Positions 28,031 to 36,025 of a stretch of 64,000 bases of DNA are shown here, one piece after another. A program made the translations under genes and the position numbers. The DNA comes from Limisphaerales bacterium. GTDB taxonomy: Bacteria; Verrucomicrobiota; Verrucomicrobiia; Limisphaerales; JADJPG01. The stretch spans positions 193,291 to 257,290 of the forward strand of contig JBGARF010000002.1 of the NCBI GenBank assembly GCA_044230345.1, read 5' to 3'. Within the stretch, counting starts at the first letter, position 1; each line of letters begins with the position of its first letter. Below the pieces are notes generated by a model. That model made no database searches, had not been told where the DNA came from, and saw only the letters and a program-made list of their open reading frames with translations.

Positions 28031-31000
28031 CTATCGGCGCACGGGGGCGCCCGACGGCGTGCGCGAGGCATTGTCGAGCAGCGTGCCGCTGTGACCATGC
28101 CCGCTGGTGTCGCCCGTGGTCACGCCCTCCGCGTCCTCCTCGTCAAACCGCCAGAGACCGAGCAGTGACGATTCGTCGCCGGCCGGACTGAAGTGCATGA
28201 GGTCAAGCAACTCCACCTCGCTGAACGTCCGGTTCCACATGGCCACGTCGTCGAGCTGGCCACTCAACGCGGTCGGGTAGTTCGCATAGCGACCGAACTG
28301 CAGCGGCTGCGTGGTGGACGTTGCGCCGGGCGTGCCGGTCCAGCCTCGGGACGAGGCCAACGCTGCATCCACGAACAGGCGGCCGCCGGTTTCATCCACC
28401 ATCAGCGTGACGAAATGCCACTGGCCGTCCGCCACGAAGCCGCCGTCCAAGCCCAACGCGCCGTCCCAAATGTAGTTTGCGCCGTCGCCGAAATACCAAC
28501 CGCGCACGCGCCCTTCGTAAAGGAACAGGCCATATCCGTTCAAACTGCCATCGGCATACTTGGTCACCAGCCCGCGCACCACCGGGTCTTCCGCGGTCGA
28601 GTTCATCCAGAACGAAACGGTGAGCGGATAGGCGTTGAGCGCGTCGTCATGCGGCACTTCCACCCGGGACGCAACGCCATCGCCTTGCAACGCATTGCCG
28701 GCCTGGAGCGTGAGCCCGCTGGGCACGCTGGTGGCCCGATAGAAACGCTGCGGATACAACCCCGCTTCAGCGTCGTGAAAGAGGATTGCCGGAACATCGC
28801 CCACCACGGTGGTCAGCAGATCTGTCCAGACGGCCAAATCGGTGGACGCCTGAATCACCACCTGATCACCGGGGCGTCCGGGCCAGAAAATCCGGCCATT
28901 GGCGGTGCCGTCGCCAACGACGATCTCCGTCGTGATGGCGGGAAGCGGCGAGGTCGCGATGGCATTGGCTGTGACGAGTGTCTCGACGGGCGCGCTGTCG
29001 AACGCGCCATCGCTGACGACGAGCTGGAAGCGGATGGCCATGGCGGAATCGCCGGTTGGCAGCTGAAAACTCGGCGTCGCCGTGTTGGCCCCGGCCAGCG
29101 AGACGGCCGGCCCATCGAGCTGAGTCCACGCGTAGCTGAGCGCGTCGCCATCCGGATCGAAGCTCCCTGCACCGCTCAAGAACACTTTCGTGCCGAGATC
29201 AGCGAGGATGCTCGGTGGCGTCACGGCGACCGGCGGCTGGTTGGCGGGCGTCGGAGGCACGCCAAAGTAAACTTCGGCCCACGTCGACGGATTGTTTGGC
29301 TCGGTCGCCTGCGGCCAATACGCAACCGTCGGGAAACAAATCTCACCAAACAGGATTTCGACGCAGGCGGCGCCGTCGAACTCGATGCTGAGGCGCGCAG
29401 GATGATCCCAGCCACCGATGAGGCTTTCGGCAATGCGGAACTCGGCGCTCCAGCCGGCGTCACCCCGAGCCACCACCGCCTTGAAGCCATCCGCCACGAC
29501 GGCAGGCGGAGCGAGCGACGTTCCGTCTCCGTCCAACTGCCAGGTGGTCCCGTTCTCGTTCACGAAGAACGCGCGATCACCGGGCTGAGCCGTCGCTTCA
29601 CCGCTCGCCTCGGGGTCGACGCGCACGCCGACGGCACCGTTGATGTCGCCCGATCCGTAGGGCATCCCAGTGAAGCTGGCGTAGAGATAACCCGCGCTGT
29701 GGGTGAATCGAGCCACGCCCTGGTTGCCGAAGAAAACCGGCAGCGCACCGGCATAGGCCCGATCCGCGACATCGCCGTCCAAGGTGGGAACGGAAGCTTC
29801 GTTGACCGCGAGTGGAAGGATCTGGAAGGAGACCGTGGTGGCTGAGCGATTGCCATCGCTATCCGTCGAGCTTGCCGTGGCGGTGTATGAACCCGGCGCC
29901 AGCGCGCGGGTGTTGAAGCTGCCCGTCGCCGTGCTCAGCGGCGTTGGGCCCGTGAGATTCCAGGTGGAGCCTTCGGCCGGCAACGAGCCGTCTTCGGGAT
30001 CCACGGCCAGCGCGGTCACCTCAAGGGTCGCACCGAACGGGATGCGTTGACCGTCTTTCACTCCACCGGCGAGCACCTCCGGCGCGCGCCGTTCCACCGC
30101 GAACGGCTCGCTGATGGCGACCGCGCTATGCCAACCGTCCGTCGTGATCACACGCACGCGGCATGTCGCTCCGCCGGGGAGACGTCGGGCATCCACCACA
30201 AAGTTGGCCAGCTTCGAATTGATGCGGAGATTTCGCCAGCTGGCACCATCGTCAGGGCTGAATTGAACGGTGTGCGACAGAAGATCGCCATCGGCATCGG
30301 AGGCCAGGATGGCAATGCCCAGGCTGGGGCCCTGGGGATCGTAGGTCGCGTTGATTCCCGCCACGACCGGCTCGGAGGCGCTGGCGTTCAAGGTGGCCAG
30401 CACCGCGTCGCCGCGGCTCACCTGCACCTGGGTTGCGCCGGGCTGTTTGACCAGGAACTGATTGATCAAGGAGCTGGTGCCATCGCCATCTTCAGATTCA
30501 CGGATGATCAGCGGGACTTCCTCGAGGACGGTGCCCGCGGCGTCGAGCTGGCGAAGTTTGTACGCGTGCTCCTGCTGTCGAGCGGCATCGAGGGAGGCTT
30601 GAATCTTCTCCGGGCTGATCGCTCCGTCCGGGAGCGAATAGCACGGTTTGAGCCGGGCCGTGCGGGTGGTCAGTTTCAGAATGCCGCGGACCAGCAGATA
30701 GGGACCGGCGGGCGGCGCGGCGGCCGCGGCGAATCCGGGTGCGGGTGCGAGCGCGTTGAGCATGGCGTTATACGTCCAGATCGAAGGCCAGCGCGCCGGC
30801 GCGTAACTCAGCAGGTCACCGGCCTGATTGGGCAAGACCGGCGCATAACCGACCATGTCGAAGCCCACTGGCGTGGCGACCAGAGAAACGTTTGTCGGAC
30901 CAAAGGTGCAGCTGTTGTACGGGTATCCTCCGTCCGGCCGGGCCGGCGCACTGCCGCCGCAGCTCATGTTGTCGCGCAGCTGATTGACGTGCCGGCGTCC

Positions 31001-33184
31001 GAGGTTGTGTCCGAATTCATGGGCCAGCGTCCGGCCACCCCAGGTGGTGTTGAACGTCGAGTTATTGTCGGTGGCGTCCATCACCGCGAGCAGATGGTTC
31101 CCGGGCGTGTAACCAAGCCCGCCCCATTTGGTCGCCGCCTTGGGATGAATGCCGCCGATGAAATAGCCCCGAGTACTGCCCGCCGGCGGATGATCGAAGT
31201 TGTCGTAACACGCCAGCTCTTCGAGGGCCTCGTCCCAGTCCTCGTCCTGGGAGAAGTCAAACGGGTCATGACAGAACAGACCGCAGTCGCCGATGGCCTC
31301 CACGTCGCTGACCTGTTCGGTGGTGAACCGCACGTCGATCGACGGAATCGGCAGCAGCGAGGTGGCGCGGGCGATGATCTTGTTGAAGTCTGCGGAATTT
31401 TCCCACGGCCAATAGTTGGGTGCATCGGTCGTCTTCAGCGCGGCGAAGACAAAGGCCGGACGATCCACCCGGACCACGGTGATGTCCACCGGCGACGTGA
31501 AGTTATTGCCGTAAGGATTGCCGCCGCTTTCGTAGACGCCACCTCCGGGATTGATGTTGAACTGGAGGCGGAGGGTGCCTGCGCGCACCCATGGAGCCGG
31601 CAGTTCAAAAAGATGATTGTTGGCCGTCGAGCTGCGATGCGGTGCGAGATCCAATGTCGACAACAGCGTGGGAGCAGTGTCCGCCCGGAGCGGTGAGCCT
31701 GGAAGCTCGACGCCATTGAGCCAGCCGCGCAGCTCACCCGCGGGCCGCCAGCCCGCGTTGCCCGTCGTGTTGGTCACTTCGCGGGCATAGGCGCGGACGA
31801 CCGTGCGTTTGCCTTCGACGAGACGGACCGAGTGATTCATGTCCTGGATGACCTGGACGGCTTCGAGCCCAACGACGCCGAAGTCGAGGAGGATGGGGGG
31901 CGATGCCGTCGGGATGCGCCAGATGGCGGAGTTTCGGGTGAAATAGAGCCAGTGATTGTCGCTGCGGAGGTTGTGCCCGCCTTCGAGTTCGACGGCTTGA
32001 TAGTCGGGATCCACGCCGGTGGACCCCAGAAACAACAGGTTGGCGGTGCTGCGCTTGGATCGGATGACTTCCGGACCCGCGCTGCAAATCCCGAATGGCC
32101 CGCCCGGCGCGGTGACAGGCCGGGTGTTGATGAAGATGTAGTTGCTGTCCAAAGCCACATCGGTGACCTGGATTCGCCCCAGGTTCTCGCCGGCGCGCGG
32201 CCACAGCTGAGTCTGGGTCCCATCACCGGGGTCAATGAGGCTGAGGCGTCCGCCGGTCGCGCAGCTGGACGTGCCGATAATGACGCCGTCATTCACGGCG
32301 GCGTAGAGCTTGTCTTTGATCTCGATGCCAACGCCGATGCCGCCACCGGTCAGCCGGGTCTCAGTTCGGACATCGAAGTCCGCCACGTTGTAGGCGAGCA
32401 CCCGGGGGTTGCGGCTGACGCCGAAAAGCGAGGACAGGTCGAAGCGCAGCAACACGCCGCTGTCGCCCAGGGCGATCCCCACCGGCACGTCAACGTCGCC
32501 GAACAACCCCGCGCGTTTCACGATCATGGACTTCATTTTTTTCACCCGCCCGAGGTAGACATCCGGGATCGTGCCACCATGAGCGACGGTGCTCACGCCG
32601 GCGAGCACATCCGTCACCGGCAGGGACAGCGAATAGATCTGGAAGCGCCCAAGACTGCCGTTTGCTCCGGCGACGGGCGAATCGAACCCGGCGGCGAAGT
32701 AGAGCGTATTCTCCCGCACCATCAGCGCACCCGGCCGGTCAGCGTAGATATAGTTGCCGATGTGGGTGGCGGTCGGGACGCTAAGAGTGGGAATGAGCGA
32801 CGCCGGCAGCCGCCACAGTCCCTGATGGTCGGAGTAGTAAAGAAAGGCATCGTCCCGCGCCACGCCACCGGCGATGGGTGAACCACAACCCTCCCAGTAA
32901 GTGCGCCCGGCGCCGATCACCTGCGGATGAAACACGCCGGGGTCCTTGAACTTCGGCCCGCGAAATCCAAGCGTGCCCAGCGCGTGCGCGTTGCCGAACT
33001 CGCCCGGCCCGCAGCCGCTCACGCTCCCCTGACCGCCCCAGTAGAACAGTCCATTGTCGAAGAATTCGAATTCGGAAAGATAAGGCTGCGACAGCACCCG
33101 CACCGCCGCAACGGCGGGGTTGTGCAGAAGCAGTGTGAACGCGCAAGAGAGGATCCAGCGGAGGAGGAAACAACGTTTTTTCAT
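28031..33184 (-). CDS. giant secreted metzincin-type zinc metalloprotease with PKD-like module and C-terminal LamG/concanavalin-like domain
   Basis: Signal peptide MKKRCFLLRWILSCAFTLLLHNPAVA. HEFGHNLGRRH fits HExxHxxGxxH. SGAGSFDPDGDALSYAWTQLDGP is PKD-like. Internal FYR-type module ends QRFYRATSVP. Final 229 aa are LamG-like (LTVSFWMNS..LFVDAALASS..LDDVAMWNRTFSEVEL). Confidence 0.9.
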   Translation of the reverse strand: MKKRCFLLRWILSCAFTLLLHNPAVAAVRVLSQPYLSEFEFFDNGLFYWGGQGSVSGCGPGEFGNAHALGTLGFRGPKFKDPGVFHPQVIGAGRTYWEGCGSPIAGGVARDDAFLYYSDHQGLWRLPASLIPTLSVPTATHIGNYIYADRPGALMVRENTLYFAAGFDSPVAGANGSLGRFQIYSLSLPVTDVLAGVSTVAHGGTIPDVYLGRVKKMKSMIVKRAGLFGDVDVPVGIALGDSGVLLRFDLSSLFGVSRNPRVLAYNVADFDVRTETRLTGGGIGVGIEIKDKLYAAVNDGVIIGTSSCATGGRLSLIDPGDGTQTQLWPRAGENLGRIQVTDVALDSNYIFINTRPVTAPGGPFGICSAGPEVIRSKRSTANLLFLGSTGVDPDYQAVELEGGHNLRSDNHWLYFTRNSAIWRIPTASPPILLDFGVVGLEAVQVIQDMNHSVRLVEGKRTVVRAYAREVTNTTGNAGWRPAGELRGWLNGVELPGSPLRADTAPTLLSTLDLAPHRSSTANNHLFELPAPWVRAGTLRLQFNINPGGGVYESGGNPYGNNFTSPVDITVVRVDRPAFVFAALKTTDAPNYWPWENSADFNKIIARATSLLPIPSIDVRFTTEQVSDVEAIGDCGLFCHDPFDFSQDEDWDEALEELACYDNFDHPPAGSTRGYFIGGIHPKAATKWGGLGYTPGNHLLAVMDATDNNSTFNTTWGGRTLAHEFGHNLGRRHVNQLRDNMSCGGSAPARPDGGYPYNSCTFGPTNVSLVATPVGFDMVGYAPVLPNQAGDLLSYAPARWPSIWTYNAMLNALAPAPGFAAAAAPPAGPYLLVRGILKLTTRTARLKPCYSLPDGAISPEKIQASLDAARQQEHAYKLRQLDAAGTVLEEVPLIIRESEDGDGTSSLINQFLVKQPGATQVQVSRGDAVLATLNASASEPVVAGINATYDPQGPSLGIAILASDADGDLLSHTVQFSPDDGASWRNLRINSKLANFVVDARRLPGGATCRVRVITTDGWHSAVAISEPFAVERRAPEVLAGGVKDGQRIPFGATLEVTALAVDPEDGSLPAEGSTWNLTGPTPLSTATGSFNTRALAPGSYTATASSTDSDGNRSATTVSFQILPLAVNEASVPTLDGDVADRAYAGALPVFFGNQGVARFTHSAGYLYASFTGMPYGSGDINGAVGVRVDPEASGEATAQPGDRAFFVNENGTTWQLDGDGTSLAPPAVVADGFKAVVARGDAGWSAEFRIAESLIGGWDHPARLSIEFDGAACVEILFGEICFPTVAYWPQATEPNNPSTWAEVYFGVPPTPANQPPVAVTPPSILADLGTKVFLSGAGSFDPDGDALSYAWTQLDGPAVSLAGANTATPSFQLPTGDSAMAIRFQLVVSDGAFDSAPVETLVTANAIATSPLPAITTEIVVGDGTANGRIFWPGRPGDQVVIQASTDLAVWTDLLTTVVGDVPAILFHDAEAGLYPQRFYRATSVPSGLTLQAGNALQGDGVASRVEVPHDDALNAYPLTVSFWMNSTAEDPVVRGLVTKYADGSLNGYGLFLYEGRVRGWYFGDGANYIWDGALGLDGGFVADGQWHFVTLMVDETGGRLFVDAALASSRGWTGTPGATSTTQPLQFGRYANYPTALSGQLDDVAMWNRTFSEVELLDLMHFSPAGDESSLLGLWRFDEEDAEGVTTGDTSGHGHSGTLLDNASRTPSGAPVRR

Positions 33185-33199
33185 ATGTCTTCACCCCTA

Positions 33200-33228
33200 C
33201 TTGTAGGACGCGGCGCGAAGGTTACAGG
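33200..33228 (-). promoter_or_regulatory. second copy of the CCTGTAACCTT-N12-TACAAG motif, 15 nt upstream of the metzincin-giant start codon
   Basis: The plus strand reads CTTGTAGGACGCGGCGCGAAGGTTACAGG. Positions 1-6 and 19-29 are identical to the 27542-27570 copy. Confidence 0.4.
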
Positions 33229-33431
33229 AAAAGGAGAACGCAGGCGCAACGCCAGAGGACTGCCTTACGCCACGCCCTGGCGGATTTCCCAACCGCCCCG
33301 GGCCTCGGGCCGCGTCTTGGAGTCCGGTAGTCCTCTACCGCCTCCCCCCCGACGCTCGTTGAACTCAACGCGAGGTTTCGACCGTCGCCTCTCCCGCCCT
33401 CGCGGCCAAAGCGCCACCTCGACGCACACAA

Positions 33432-34172
33432 TTATCGCCCCAACACGTCCATCAAGTGACTCAACTCCCCATCCACCTCAAGGGGATCGGCGACCGTGTT
33501 CGCGACCGAAGCGCGAACCAGTTCACGGTAACGCTGCCGCAGTCGATGAACAGCCACCTTCACCGCGCCATCGGACATCGCCAAGGCCCGCCCGATCTCG
33601 GCGTAGGTCGAAGGCTGGCGGTCGCCCTGCAAGCACGGCGTGAGCTGCTCGAAGATCGCCTGCTTGCCTGCCCCGACATACTCGGATTCCAGCAAGCTCA
33701 TGGCCTGGTCCAACACTGCCACCGCCCAGGCTTGTTCGTAGAGCGACTGGGGATTCCTCACCTCGACCGGCTCCACCGCGTAACGATCTTCCGCATCTTG
33801 CGCATCGAACGAGATCGTCCGATCGGCCCCCCGCTTCTCGGCGCTGGCTCGTCGCCATTCGTTAGCCATGAAGTTTTTGAGTGAACCCAGCAGGAACGAC
33901 CGAAACCGCCCGCAATCAGGATCGGCTTTGGTCAGCAATCGCTTTTCCAACAGGTAGGCGAAAAACGACTGGGTCATGTCCTGGGCGTCGTGGGGCGAAC
34001 GTCCGGCCCGGCGAATGTAAGCGTAAAGCGGATACCAATAAACCTGACAGAGAGCGTCCAGCGCCTGCGCCTGGGCGTCGCCACGAGAGTCGCCGGCATT
34101 CATCACCACGCTCCAATGCGTGGTCGCGAATACCGCAGCACGCCCGCCACTCTCAAAACCACGGCCAGCCAT
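33432..34172 (-). CDS. ECF-type RNA polymerase sigma factor (paralogue of 7281..8018; no adjacent kinase)
   Basis: VYWYPLYAYIRRAGRSPHDAQDMTQSFF and TYAEIGRALAMSDGAVKVAVHRLRQRYRE. The ORF-track start at 34304 runs into a MITE-like repeat. The ATG at 34172 (MAGRGFESGG...) gives 246 aa colinear with the other sigma factor. Confidence 0.85.
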   Translation of the reverse strand: MAGRGFESGGRAAVFATTHWSVVMNAGDSRGDAQAQALDALCQVYWYPLYAYIRRAGRSPHDAQDMTQSFFAYLLEKRLLTKADPDCGRFRSFLLGSLKNFMANEWRRASAEKRGADRTISFDAQDAEDRYAVEPVEVRNPQSLYEQAWAVAVLDQAMSLLESEYVGAGKQAIFEQLTPCLQGDRQPSTYAEIGRALAMSDGAVKVAVHRLRQRYRELVRASVANTVADPLEVDGELSHLMDVLGR

Positions 34173-34236
34173 GGGAAGCACAGTTACACCTCGTTGCACG
34201 CACGGCAAGGACTCAGACCATTCGCCAAGGGAGCTG

Positions 34237-34398
34237 GGTGCGGTTAAAAGCGGGTGATGGTTCAATGCGTCAAGCTCGCGCCCCACGCGCGCCCGCTGGC
34301 CCACGAACGCCCGCCGCGCCTCCTTCTCCCCTGAACGGGGAGAAGGCCGGGATGCGGGGTGAGACGGTTCGTTGGATCACCCGTCTTTAATCACACCC
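34237..34398. repeat. MITE-like element (long copy) with 12-bp terminal inverted repeats
   Basis: Left end is ggtgcggttaaa. Right end is tttaatcacacc, whose reverse complement ggtgtgattaaa matches at 10 of 12 positions. Internal agctcgcgccccacgcg and the hairpin ttctcccctgaacggggagaa are shared with the copy at 40620-40712. gagctgg occurs on both flanks (34231-34237 and 34403-34409). Confidence 0.7.
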
Positions 34399-34548
34399 AA
34401 GCGAGCTGGCGGCCGACAGCCACCTCCGGACCAAGGCTCCGGACATTAAGGATTACGGAAGGGCCCTCAAGCCTTGGCGTCCGGCGCCGAAGATCCTCGG
34501 AGGCCGCCTTTTCGCCGTGTGGCGAATCAAAGCGATGTCCCATCGAGC

Positions 34549-35145
34549 GTGTCGCCCATCACACATTTGTTCGCCAGCTGGGTCGTCGCCGCGAAGACCA
34601 CCGATAATCTTCGCGACCGCCGACTGGTAGCGCTCAGCGGGCTGCTGCCGGACCTCGACGGTGCCGGCATGGTCATCGATCTGGCGCGGCAGGCAGCACA
34701 TGTTGCCGACGACTATTGGTTCTATCAGAAGTATCATCACCTGCTCTTGCACGGAGTTTTCGGCGCGCTGATCATCGCCCTGGCCCTTGCCTGTTTCGCC
34801 CGCGCACGGCTCCGCGTTTTCATCGTCTGCCTGGTCGTGGCCCACCTGCATCTGCTCTGCGATTTGGTGGGCTCGCGCGGACCGACGCCGCTTGACGTCT
34901 GGCCCATCCACTATCTCGGGCCGTTCAGTTACGCGTGGACGTGGGTTTGGAAGTCCCAGTGGGGCCTCAACGCCTGGCCGAACCAGGTGATCACACTCGC
35001 GCTCTTTGCCTGGTGCCTCTTGCTGGCCGTGCGCCAGGGAGATTCGCCCGTGGGGGTGTTCCATCAAAGGGCCGACGCGGTGTTTGTCGGGGTTTTGCGC
35101 GGCTGGTTCGGCCGCTGGATCAAACGCGACCCGGGAATGGCGTAG
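34549..35145 (+). CDS. membrane-bound metal-dependent hydrolase, YdjM/DUF457-like
   Basis: SPITHLFASWVV...LLPDLDGAG plus several hydrophobic helices. The ORF track starts at a TTG at 34474. The in-frame GTG at 34549 gives the family-typical N-terminus (M)SPITH. Start uncertain. Confidence 0.75.
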   Translation: MSPITHLFASWVVAAKTTDNLRDRRLVALSGLLPDLDGAGMVIDLARQAAHVADDYWFYQKYHHLLLHGVFGALIIALALACFARARLRVFIVCLVVAHLHLLCDLVGSRGPTPLDVWPIHYLGPFSYAWTWVWKSQWGLNAWPNQVITLALFAWCLLLAVRQGDSPVGVFHQRADAVFVGVLRGWFGRWIKRDPGMA

Positions 35146-36025
35146 CTGTTTGTTCCTCACGGACCTCGGCACGCGGCATCCACCTTCCCATGAACCGACC
35201 CTCCGGTTCTTGCTCTTGCTCTTAATCGTGCTCTTGCTCGTCCCGAAGAGAGCAGGAGTAAGAGCAAGGGGGGATGTCCGGTTCATGTCTCGTGAGCAGG
35301 TCTGAAAAGAACGGGCAGCTTTCCATGAACCGACCGGTCCACGAGGGGGGATTAGCCGCGAAAAGGCACAAAGGGCACAAAACGAAAAATCTGCTTTTGT
35401 GCCCTTTGTGCCTCTTCGTGGCCATTCCGGCGCTTGGATCGTAGTTGGATACCGTCCACGGTTCATGGCCCGTGAGCAGGTCCGAAAGGAACAAGCAGCT
35501 TCCCATGAACCGTCCCCAAATCTTCATCGCAAACTTCGTCGGCCGTCCAACCTGTTCGAATCCGTCTGATTTAGTTCACGACGAAGTTCACGACGAAGAT
35601 CTCTCCCCACGACCCTCACTTTCCGGAGGGAGGGTGAGGTGGAGCATCCCCCGGTTCATGGGCCCGTGGGCACGAGTGCGGAACTCGTGAGAGCTTCCCA
35701 TGAACCTCTGCTCCGGAGCGCGGGCCTGTGGCCCGCAGCGGGCGGGATCGGTGGCGCACGAACGAACCCTCAGGCGTCGTCTTCGGCTCGCGCCGCTGCG
35801 GGCTGAAAGCCCGCGGTCCGCCCGAGCAGTCAGCAGTTCATGTCTGGTGAGCAGGTCGGAAAAGGAACGGGTGGCTTCCCATGAACCTCTGCTCCGGAGG
35901 CGCGGATCCCGCGGACGCGGGACCCGCAGCGGGCGGGATCGGTGGCGCACGAACGAACCCTCAGGCGTCGTCTTCGGCTCGCGCCGCTGCCGGCTGTAAT
36001 CCCGCGCTCCGTACGAGCAGCCCCC
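35146..36025. repeat. tandem array of ~53-nt GGTTCATG...CATGAACC palindrome-ended elements at ~180-193-bp spacing
   Basis: Full copies lie at 35279-35332, 35459-35512, 35652-35706 and 35835-35887. A partial or rearranged copy lies at 35146-35197. The units following copies 3 and 4 (35707-35834 and 35888-36020) are homologous to each other. The array fills the whole 880-bp convergent intergenic region. Confidence 0.85.
35364..35413 (-). terminator. perfect 19-bp hairpin; terminator-like on the minus strand
   Basis: aggcacaaagggcacaaaa (35364-35382) pairs perfectly with ttttgtgccctttgtgcct (35395-35413) across a 12-nt loop. On the minus strand the stem is followed by TTTTC. Confidence 0.5.

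Noticed and set aside
28193-32881. Three long plus-strand ORFs (28193..29845, 30047..31696, 31832..32881) antisense to the metzincin-LamG gene.
   Set aside because: Same reasoning: no motifs and biased composition, while the minus-strand frame is uninterrupted for 1717 aa with recognisable domains.
35146-36025. Considered whether the regularly spaced repeats form a CRISPR array.
   Set aside because: Repeats are ~53 nt and imperfect. Spacers are ~130 nt, and two of them are homologous to each other. Repeat ends form long terminal inverted repeats. No cas genes are in the window.
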